Shown here piece after piece: positions 1 through 9,979 of a DNA stretch of 64,000 nucleotides. The DNA lies in the NCBI GenBank assembly GCA_010093815.1, contig ML996578.1. The stretch is one strand, 5' to 3'. The DNA comes from Pseudovirgaria hyperparasitica. Its lineage: Eukaryota. The notes beneath the pieces were generated by a model. It ran no database searches. It had not been told where the DNA came from and was given only the letters and a program-made list of their open reading frames with translations. Each line of letters opens with the position of its first letter. The stretch's first letter is position 1. A program made the position numbers and the translations under genes.

Positions 1-211
1 CATCATGGCTACCCCAGATACTCCACTCTCCACACTCCCAACTCTCCACTGGTTCGTCTTCATCGCATGATCCCCACAGCCGCTAGCCGAGTTAGACAAC
101 AATGAATGGTAATACAACAGATACGCCCGGCGGCGAGTGTTGTGACTGGGTGGTGCCCAAACACGGCGTGCAGCAGCCAAGCCATGGAGATGCATGGGTC
201 TTCCTATGCAT

Positions 212-250
212 GCACACACACATATACACAGACATATACACACACATACA
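212..250. repeat. Imperfect (CA)/(TA) microsatellite
   Basis: cacacacacatatacacagacatatacacacacataca read directly. Confidence 0.7.
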
Positions 251-839
251 TGATACATAGACATAGTACCAAATGTTTCATGTCTTCCAGCTTCCATCAG
301 TCCCACCGTCGCCCCGACTAGAGAATCGTTCTGACAACAGGCCATCAGCTTGATAGATGCCCATTGCCTCATCTCCCCACTCCGCATCAACATGACCAGC
401 TAGATTACGCGTCACGTATCCATGCATGCAAGGCCAAGGACCCCTACAGTTTCACCTCCGTCTTGATTCTGTTCCTTATCGCCTTTCCGAATTACTGTTC
501 ATCTTCAAATCACGTGATATCTTCTCCTCACATCCATATCACGTGCCTATCCCGTCGGCGGCTTGGCGCTACTGTATTTGTCAGCCCTCTACGGACTTAC
601 TCACTGCCATGTTTCGTATTAACGCACGACCCAACTCCTCGACCACCGCTCAACCCTCCATCCCGAATCAAGTTTCAACGGCATGGCCGTGAGTGGGCCT
701 CGTAATGTCACGTCTACTACGCGCGTTTCGGGGTATAGAAGGGAGTAGAAGTGTATTTTAGCCTTCTGGCTATGCCTGGACTCGCTCTCTTCTCTCGTGT
801 AAATCATTTTGTCCAGTCAAGCTAAGGTCATAATCTAGT

Positions 840-1790
840 CGTCTGGCTTATGAGAATCTCATTACTATGTACTAGCTATAGCTAGATCTACTCTTAATTT
901 CTAGATAATACCTCTTCTTTCGTATTTACTATACTTATAGTAAAGTCTCGAACTTGGTGTAATCATCCTTTTGTCTTCTGCTTATAGCTAGATCTACTTC
1001 TATACTCTGGGTCCACTCTCTTATATTAGGATCGACTACGAAACAAGTCAAGACTTGAGCTAGCTGCCTCTTCAGGTGATGCACAATCGCCTAGATTAGG
1101 CAGTTCTAGAGCCGGGCATTAGTTTTCGCCATTGTCCACGTACGCCTTCTTCTTTCTCAGTACGTAATAGATAAACTATCATACCTAAGCTTCTCTGTAA
1201 AACTTTCCACAGAGATAAGCATAGTCATTTTGTCGTTGCGAAATGTTCCGAGTGGTTTGTTTAACCGCCCAGCAGGTCCAACCAGCAAAAGTTAAGTTTC
1301 AGTCTTGCGGACGAGAGTGTTGCATCGAATGAAAAGTCAAGAGTCAGCAAATGCTTGTACTTATCGAGAGAACCTTTGTATATCAGTCACGCTGCGCCTT
1401 CCTTTAGCCTAGCCACTCGAACAGGACGGTTCGCTTCAAGCTCGTCAGAATGGGCCGTAAAAACTAGAGAGTCTGGTAACTTCCCAATCAGTATAACCTC
1501 GTTAATGACTTCTAGCTATATCTTCAACTGCTTCTCTACTCTAGCTGAATACTCTTGCTCTATATCTACTGCTACTAAATACGCAATATTAAAGCTAAGT
1601 ATAACTCTCTTAATGTCTACTAGCTGTATTTTAAATCTACTCTTATACTTAGCTAGGTTCTGATGCATTATATTTAGTATAGTAATAATATATCCTATAG
1701 TCTACTATAACTCCAGTAGTCTATACTATCTATCAGACTCAATATGTAGAGACCTAAGAGAATAACACTAAGCTTATGGACCTCAAGAGA
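840..1790 (-). pseudogene. RIP-degraded relic of a duplicated gene or transposon, family not identifiable
   Basis: Strong TpA excess (tagctatagctag, tatatttagtatagtaataatata) at about 840-1060 and 1500-1790. A minus-strand frame from ATG 1668 reads MHQNLAKYKSRFKIQLVDIKRVIL...EKQLKI*LEVINEVILIGKLP... with a TAG interruption. Boundaries approximate. Confidence 0.55.
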
Positions 1791-2054
1791 AAGACAAGAG
1801 TATTATCAGCTGTAATATAGTTCAATTTCTACTTTCAACTATCTTTCCAAAGAAACCCAAGATACTAAAAAATACAAACATGCGTCAATCAATGCGCAAT
1901 TCATGTAGCCCGCGCCCATAGATCCCGCGCTAGCTATCCAAGTCACACGCTTCAGATCGTGTCAATGGAACTGTATCTAAACCAAGGCCCTGCTGTTCCA
2001 TGCAAAATTCCCTTATTTCATTGACCCCTAGCCCCTTGCCCCTGACCCCCTCCC

Positions 2055-4154
2055 CTACTCGCCATAAAAGCGCTCAAACACCTCTTCACCAAAGCCATCA
2101 GTATCATCAGCCTGTGGCAACTCGTACTGGTCCATAGTGCCATCTCCTCCAAATCCAAACCGGCTCTCGGAGCCCGCGCCGCCAGGCATGTTGTTGCCGA
2201 ACGTCTGATCGGCGTACGACCACGTCTGCGGAATGTCATCGTGGATACCGCCGTCGCTGCTACTGTTATTGTTGTTGTTATTGCCACTGCTGCTGCTATT
2301 GTTGTTATTGAATCCATATGCCGGATTTGCAACGATCGGGAAGCCCGTGTAGGGCGCGGTGCTGTGGCCCGTCTGGGTCTGGGTCTGGGTCTGGGTCTGG
2401 GTCTGGCGCAGGTTGTGCGCTGGGTGCGAGCGGAGTGCCGTCGAGGGGCCTGCGGGGATGTTGAAGGGCGGAGGCGAAGATGTGGCGGTGAGGTCGCTTT
2501 GGTGCTGCTTCGGCTGGCGCTGCTGCTCTTGTTGCTGCTGCATCTGCGAGCGACGACGGGTGACAGGGCCGGTTAGTGTGTCGGTGGTTCTGCGTGTACG
2601 CTTCGACGGCAGGGGTGGCTTGAATTCGCCCTCCGAGTCGAGCTCCGGGTCGTGGCCGAAGGAGTCGTCATCGTCGTCGTCGAGCGCAGACGCGGTTTCA
2701 CCACGGGAACGACGCGAGGGCTTGCGTTTCTTGATGCCCGTCATGTCGCTCAGCGCGGCTTTTTCGGCAGCGGTGAGGGCCTGGAATTTCTTTGTGCTGA
2801 GCATCTTGAGACGTTCACTTTTGGTCTCGTTGTTGGTGACGTTTTGAAGGTTTCGTCGGAGCTGCTTCTTGGGGCCCTGGATCAGGTTGACGATGTTCTC
2901 GTTGCCCATGGCGCGCTGGCACAGGCTCTTGAACTGGCGGAGGTTCTTGCAGATGGAGGCAATACGTGCGGTAAAGGACAGATCGCGGTCGGTCAGGGTG
3001 GACGAGTTGGCGTTGGGGTGTAGGTAGGCCACGGCGCCGTATGTGTGCAGGCGGACCGTGTCTTCAACGATGCGCCAGGCGCCTGCTTCGACGTCTTGCT
3101 GAGGGTACTTGCCCTCCGTAAAACGTGGGATCAACTGGGTTTTGGCGTCTGGGCGATCTTTGATCTCGCTGATGTCGACAATGGCGGTGGCCACGAGCTT
3201 GACGTATTGTAGTTTCTCGGCGTCAGTACGGGGCACAGAGGGATCCGGCTCGAGAGTCCAGGCTGGACGATTGCGCCAGGCGTGAGCGGCAGCATAGTTT
3301 TGAAAGTAGCCTTGCCATTCGCCAAATGTGCCAGGAATTTGGGAGACTGGAGGAGCCGGTTTGGAGAGCAGATCATTGTCATTTGGGTACTTGATGGTGA
3401 TAGCAGGAGTAGCAATCCTGGAGTCTGATTGGGGGCTTTCCGGAACGGGATAGGAGGCGGCGTGGAGCTGCTGCGATGGGTTCGAACTAGGTCTCTGACG
3501 TGGATTGGAATATACTCGAGCCTGGGTAACCTGTGGAGATTCACTCTGTGGGGTACCAGTAAGGCCTGGCGCTTGCTGGTAAGTTTTAGACTGGGATTGG
3601 GAACTTATATTTCCGTGATTCGGGGTCTGCTTCGCACTCCTTGGTGCTTGGGTATAGATATCAGGTCTCTTCGCGCGGATGAAACTAGGAGGAGACTCAT
3701 TTTCGTCCCCAAATGAAGCATTGAGGGATCTGGTCAAGTTGGTTCGCTGATCACCAACCCGATGGGTGTCCATGAGGCTCTGGGTCGCCTGACTCGGAAA
3801 TCTCTGAGCAACTGGATTCGTATAACCGAATGTCTGACTGGGAAGGCCGTAAGGAGTCTGATTCGGAAAGCCGTAGAGGGACGGATTTGGAACGCCGTGA
3901 GGAGTCTGATTTGTGAACCCTTGGCTAGCTTGAGAAAAACGGAGAGGATTCTGGTTTTGTATGCCCCTAGGAGGTTGCAAGAAACGACTGTTGGTTTGAT
4001 TGCTTGTTGTGAAACCATCCGAGTTAGAGATATACTGGCTAAAGGCATTATTGTCTCCGTCCAAACCCTCATTTGTGAGTTCCTGTAGTTCGTGTAGATT
4101 AAACGGAGGAGCATTTCCGTTGTGCGTAGACTGGTGGTTCTCCTGACCAGCCAT
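2055..4154 (-). CDS. Uncharacterised 699-aa protein: Q/N/S/P-rich N-terminus, conserved helical core (DPSVPRTDAEK...EAGAW...LH...LSFTARI...CK...GP), basic NLS-like and acidic tracts; single exon
   Basis: Uninterrupted 699-codon ORF; core aligns by eye with the neighbouring paralogue at 6857-8455. Confidence 0.85.
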   Translation of the reverse strand: MAGQENHQSTHNGNAPPFNLHELQELTNEGLDGDNNAFSQYISNSDGFTTSNQTNSRFLQPPRGIQNQNPLRFSQASQGFTNQTPHGVPNPSLYGFPNQTPYGLPSQTFGYTNPVAQRFPSQATQSLMDTHRVGDQRTNLTRSLNASFGDENESPPSFIRAKRPDIYTQAPRSAKQTPNHGNISSQSQSKTYQQAPGLTGTPQSESPQVTQARVYSNPRQRPSSNPSQQLHAASYPVPESPQSDSRIATPAITIKYPNDNDLLSKPAPPVSQIPGTFGEWQGYFQNYAAAHAWRNRPAWTLEPDPSVPRTDAEKLQYVKLVATAIVDISEIKDRPDAKTQLIPRFTEGKYPQQDVEAGAWRIVEDTVRLHTYGAVAYLHPNANSSTLTDRDLSFTARIASICKNLRQFKSLCQRAMGNENIVNLIQGPKKQLRRNLQNVTNNETKSERLKMLSTKKFQALTAAEKAALSDMTGIKKRKPSRRSRGETASALDDDDDDSFGHDPELDSEGEFKPPLPSKRTRRTTDTLTGPVTRRRSQMQQQQEQQRQPKQHQSDLTATSSPPPFNIPAGPSTALRSHPAHNLRQTQTQTQTQTQTGHSTAPYTGFPIVANPAYGFNNNNSSSSGNNNNNNSSSDGGIHDDIPQTWSYADQTFGNNMPGGAGSESRFGFGGDGTMDQYELPQADDTDGFGEEVFERFYGE
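2371..2406. repeat. (GTCTGG)6 hexamer repeat encoding a QT run in the 699-aa protein
   Basis: gtctgg repeated six times. Confidence 0.9.
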
Positions 4155-6856
4155 ATCGGACAGATCTTCTGTGAATAGGTGTTCTCTTCGGTATGGGGCG
4201 TGGTTCCTGTTCTGGACTTCGTCGCTCAGATGTTTCGGGTGATACTGTACTCGTCTAGTGATGAAGATCTGTCAATATCGTGTGAACGAGGAGTGTATTT
4301 GTACTTACGGGTCGGGCGTCACTCTCTTCGCTCTTGTAAACTCTGTTCTGGTTCAAAGCTTATCCGACCCAGATGTGTTGTCGTTTAGGGGGAAACAGAG
4401 TTGCAAAAGCTGTGAAACTGCTCTATATCGTGATGTTTGTCGTGATGTTTGCTTTGCTTGACCTCAATGCTTGTCAACTTCAAGATGAAATGTCCATTCA
4501 GGGGTCAGCACAGAGTAAAGGGTGAAAGATCTCTGATCGTGAAAGGCAGAAGGCTTCTCCAGAACAAAGTCAAGATGGTGAAGAAAGGAAGAAGGAAGAA
4601 GAAGAGAAAAGGGAGATATAGTGGGACTATATGCACCTGAGGACGGCAAAGTTGTGGACAGTATTTCTGTTCTGTTCCACGTGCTAAGCGATGTCGTGAC
4701 TGTCCTAAGCCTCAGTTTTGACGGTACTAGTACCGAGAAATATCGTCCGGCGAGCCAGGTAGTGGCAATTGAAACACTCTATTTACAGTGTGTCTTTGTT
4801 GATACCCTTCTATAGGCCCGACGAACAGGGGTTGCCTTGTGACCAAATCACGATACTACCGACTCATCGTACGTATTAGGCACAGTGTTGTAGGTTCTAT
4901 ATCATCTCGTAAGGCTTAGCAAGGCATATACAGAGGTAGTCTATCACTTAGACGGCTCGGCAAGCAGCTGCCTCCGTCAGTATTGTGTGATCAGCCGAAC
5001 ACTGTCGTACTCGGCCGCCACCAACACGACAATACGATACTGTCTATTCGTACCTGACGTGTCTGATTGTACCTGGATATGACATCAAATCAAATGTCTC
5101 CTGGCAGACCTTATCGATCCCTACATAGGGTAATTCCATGTCTATGCCAGTAGGCACGTCTTAATGGCAATGGGAAGAAGAACCGACCGTTTTGATAATC
5201 TCAGGGGCATTTGACTGCTCCATGAAATGATTCAATACTTACCGGCAAAGTAGATACTTGGCTTAATGCAGATGTATCCTACTATTGAGGCATTCCGGAC
5301 TAAGTACTATCAAATCTCGACGGCTGTTCAAGACCAGGACATTTACAGAATGCCGAAAATATATAAAAATGTCACTTGTAAGATCGCCACTCAGCATAGA
5401 TACCTTCACGGTTACTACAATGAGCGTTGACCAAACTTAGCTCTTTACACTTGGTTGTTTGCAAAAGATTTTCTTAACTACGAGGCCCGCGGAATGATTG
5501 ATAAGGCTCATCTTCATATCTGATATTCTTCGAATCCACGAAACTGCATGACAATATCTTCGTGATACCAAGTGTGTACCTAGTTCTACCTTCCACTGCC
5601 GTAGATCGCTTGTGCGTTACCCTTTAAAAACATATCTTTATTATTCCGATGTCCGATTATGCTTGTTCGATTATAGGATCGTTTGGCAGGAGAACTTTGT
5701 AGGAAAGGGGGTATAAACTCGTTTATGGTATCTCAAGGAGTACAAATCGACTAATTCAAGGGAGTTTGATGAATGGGAACGCGTCTGTCTGATTTAAGAG
5801 TAGCCGAGTTCTATAAAGGCACGAGTCAGTAGATAGGTAGATATTTGACAGTTCTTAAGCTGTAGAATGGGACGTACCAAATGGAAAAAGGGCATGGAAT
5901 ATGGATTTTCCTCAAGCAGGATAAGGTATGGGGAACATGGCGATGTATGGCAAAGTACCACATCCATAGCAGACTTGATATGGACAGAACGTTGTGTACT
6001 TTAGTAGTAGCTTCGTTTAGTCAAAAGATGAGTTTGGGGCTAATAATGTATCAACGGATCATCTAAAGGAAGTATCGAGATGTACAGTTGATACGTATTA
6101 CTCGAACGTATCGTAGTGATCATCAGAGTCATCTCAAAGATATCCTATAGCAAATGAGTGCTATAATCGGTATGTCTATCCTCTTTAGAATGTCCACGTA
6201 ACAGTGTATTTCATCAGTTGTCCTATTTCCAAGTCTCATAGACATGACCCCGGGGTCGAGCCGACGGGACCGGGTTATTATTGTGTGCATTGTTGAGCAC
6301 CTCCTGGAGCGTGCTAGATTCCAAGATCTTGATGGTCAAAAAATAGTGTCAACACCAATCATTCATAAATCCAACGAACGCATCAAACGGATAATAAATA
6401 TTATCATTATCTCTATGAACGTATGATTTAAAAAGCTCAACGCTAATTCTAAGTCAGGTACAAAGAATGAAGTGCTCGACACTGATGTCAGCTGGCCCAA
6501 AGACAAAGAATGAAGCGCTCGAATGATACGCTCAAGGCGGATACAAAGAATTTCCAGCCTCGCATGCAAGACGCTCCGACAACAAAGGACTATCGAAAGG
6601 GGTATCGTGAAAGAAACTAGACGCCATAGTTCAAAAGGCATCGTGAAGATGGACAAGAAGTCGAGATAAAAAGAACATCCAAAAAGGGAAAAGAGATATC
6701 ATGGCCTAAATTCGCGACATGCTGACACACTTCGTGGCTGATGTCGTCATAAACGCTCGATATACCAAACAATACCAGAAACTCCAGAGTCCGGGGTATA
6801 ATACAACTAGTAAGTATGATCACCATTAATGGTCTTGTCGATGTATCCAACACCCC

Positions 6857-8455
6857 TCATGTTGTTGATCGACTTTTATGTGCTAGATCACCATCGACGC
6901 GGAGCCCTAGACGTAAACGACGGCCTCTCTCAGCCGTAGCTCTCGAGCTACGAAGACTGGGACTATCTTCAACTTCGACAGTCTCTTCAACGTACTCTTC
7001 ATCTCCGTCTTCTTCTCCTTCTCCCTCGGCATCTTCATCTTCTTCCTCGCCAAAATCAATGGCCCAGCCCCGCGCTTTTGCTTTCTTGCCTGTCTCGAGC
7101 AAACCCTTCTTCTTCTCATTTCCGGAGGCATTAGAAATAATACGCTTCATCAGCTTGTTTGGGCCAGGAATGAGGATGTCAAGTTTCTGGCCGTTCATGA
7201 CCTCGGTACACGTGTTGTGCATCTTCTGTCAAAGAGTCAGACAGAATAGGCGAGGAAAGAAGAATGATCCTTAGTTTCCAAGAAAAAAGCGAAGAGACTT
7301 ACACGAAGGATTTTACAAATAAGATCGATGCGTTCGACGAAGCTGAGTTGTGTATCGCGCATAGAGATACGACTCTTACAGCCTTGAGCAACCCACATGT
7401 TGTCGCCGAGGCGGTGAAGTTTAGCGGTAAGGTCCTGTACAAAACGTCAACAATGCACTGAAAGCTTCGATGAAGAGGAGTATTACCGCTACATGCCAGG
7501 CACGAGCCTCTATCTGGCGTAGAGTCCATTGTCCAGCTCCCCAGTGTTTCGGGTCGGGTACTTTTGGTCTGTACTTATCCTTTCCTATGCTGATCATGGC
7601 CTCGAATATGGCTTCCGCATACGGACGTAGCTCTTGGTCGGTCAGCGGAGCATTAGTGTCCTGATTCTTCCAATGCTTTCTCTCGTCAATGTATGCCTTT
7701 GCCTGGACGGGACCTTGGAAGTTACAGAAACCATTCTCTGAGGGAGGAATGGCGATGTGAAGAAGCGGCTCTGGTGAGTTCATCAGGGCAGTAGAATTAT
7801 ATCTTTCCCTAACTCCGAAGTTCGTCAGCTCGTCGTTTGGAATAAAAGATGATGAAGGCGTTTCATTCTGGTAGGACGCGGCATTGTGCCGATCTTGAGT
7901 CTGAAAGTCCATCGGCGTCCCGCTCAGTGGGGTAGCGGCAGAGTTGTTTTGTATGATCTGCTGAAAGCGCTGATGATTAAAAGCATTCTGCTGCTGCTGC
8001 TGCCTCCATTGTCTTTGTTGCTGCTGTCTCTGTTGCAGTTGCTGCATATGTAACTCCGTCTGCTGTCTCTGTAACTGCAGAGTATAATGAGAAGCATGGT
8101 TCATTGTCTGTTGCTGATCAGACATCTTGAACTCTGTATTCTGCATGATATTGCCGAAGGAAGAGCGGTCATCGGGTGAGAGATGGTCGATTCCACCCTG
8201 AACCTGGAGAGCTTTCGCAATCTTGAAGTCAAAATTGTTCAAGTCATCTTGTGATAACTGACCGGTTCCAATCCCAATGTTGGCTTCGTACTTTGGGAGC
8301 CCATGTATATGACGCGGTGAAGGCTCTATCACGGGTGACGAAGAGTTCATTCCTGATGCCCCGTAGTAAGGCTGACCGGGTTGTTGTGTGTTGCTATAAG
8401 GGCTTTCGGGATTGATCTGGAATTCCCAATTCTGCTCCGAAGTTGGATGGTACAT
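6857..8455 (-). CDS. Uncharacterised poly-Q protein, paralogue of 2055-4154; exons 8455-7487, 7434-7303, 7225-6857
   Basis: Introns GTAATA..TTGAC..CAG (7486-7435) and GTAAGT..CTGAC..CAG (7302-7226) join to give EARAWHVA-DLTAKLHRLG...QLSFVERIDLICKILR-KMHNTCTEVMNG...IPGPNKLMKR. Confidence 0.8.
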
Positions 8456-9979
8456 GACTGCGATGTAGCAATCCAGGTACAGGAGATATGAATTCGACCT
8501 AAGGCACTGTGAGGTGCGTGTAAGATCCGAGTCTAGCAGCAGCTATAGACTGAAGATGTAGAGGTCTACCAGAGACTTCGATGAATAGAAACTGAGGATT
8601 GTAATGAATAAGACTGAGTCTTCGTGAAACTGAAAAGTGTGTGGTAAGATAGAAGGGCAAGAAGAAAGAGGAGTATGGTATGGCTAAATATGTATCATGG
8701 CAGACTGGCGGTCTGCACGTGTTGTTCATGCACTGATATAGCACCACAGCTTTCATGTACTGTCTACGGTGACATGGCAACCATGCGGACGTCGAAAGAG
8801 CTGAAATAGCCCAGGCAACCGAGTGTATGCGTCGTGTGCCGGGTATAAGCATCGATCGCTGCGGCATGGGGTTTTTGAGAAACGCGTGAAAGAACCCCAT
8901 GGCTAGCACATCGGACTTTCGAAAGTACTATTCACTCTCCTCTTGAGTACTCTTGACCAGTAACTGAGGAATATATACTGCACCTGAGAGGCAGAATCTA
9001 TCATGAATGTCTTCAGCTGTCATGAGCGTCTTGCTATATGACTGCTCCATTGATAGAATTTTCACAAAACCTGAAGATGGCGTACTAGAACCGTCTGCGA
9101 ATCTTGGAAGCTAAGCGACCCTGCAAAAGCTCCCCGAATGACCATACTATGCGAGGAACATCAAATCTACTATTTCAGCTGGTCGGTCATATTGATGAAA
9201 CTTCTAAGATGTCGGGTCAGCAAAATCACTGAAGCGTCGCTAATATGGACCTCACCTTGCTCCTGCACTTTCACGGTGGAGCCAGTCTCAGGCTCACGTA
9301 GAGTGCAGATAACGAAGTCTCTTAAGTTATCCTTCTTTGTGCTTAAGGGGCTTGTCATCTCTTTGCAGTTGAGATATGTGATGGTTAGAATTACACAACT
9401 TAAGTCTGACTTCACTATACCTGCAGGGGCTCGAAGAAGAGTATATATATCATCCCAGATGAAGGTGTGTGCATTCTTCAAGTATACAAGTCACCTGGAG
9501 ATGGCTTCAGCCAAGTGGAAGCTAGAGGCGCGGAAAAGAAAAAGATAGTTGTTGAGACTCAGATGATAAAGTAGTCGTGACCTATATACACAAGCATTCT
9601 ATCACCGCTTACGTATGCAGACAATTCACAGAAGTCGCCATCGACTGTCTTCACCATTTCTCGGCCGATTCATTCCGGATATGTCTAACATGGTCTTAAT
9701 ATTGATTTCATGATCACGAACTACAATCGCCAAGATCTTGAAATGTCAATAGTAGTTAAGGACAAGGCAGGATTGACAATATATATCCTTATGGACAATT
9801 AGGTAATGCCGGGAGCGAAGTGTACTTAGTAAATACAGCTATTGTTACAGTGAGTCATGATTGGGTATCCCAGACGCCATGGCCGAAGCTTTGTGCAATC
9901 AGAACTCCGTACCCACCCAACAACGCTTTCTAGAAGAGACAGGTATCTAGGAGTCCACCGTTATTATTCATTACCCATT

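Noticed and set aside
106..807. Short ORFs at the window start
   Set aside because: Low-complexity, overlapping, no recognisable motif; one is built on a microsatellite
1355..1663. 102-aa plus-strand ORF
   Set aside because: Antisense shadow of the RIP-damaged minus-strand relic; TTG start
5640..5850. Stop-interrupted plus-strand frame (YSDVRLCLFDYRIVW...EFDEWERVCLI)
   Set aside because: Too short and unrecognisable to call a pseudogene without a search
6460..6552. Repeat-spacer-like pattern considered as CRISPR
   Set aside because: Eukaryotic context, only two good copies, no cas genes
8865..8901. Hairpin catggggtt/aaccccatg
   Set aside because: A 9-bp stem is within chance expectation and has no supporting context
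9170..9481. Minus-strand ORF with an intron-like GTGAG..CTGAC..TAG segment
   Set aside because: Splicing yields only about 39 aa with no recognisable motif; cannot be supported as a gene
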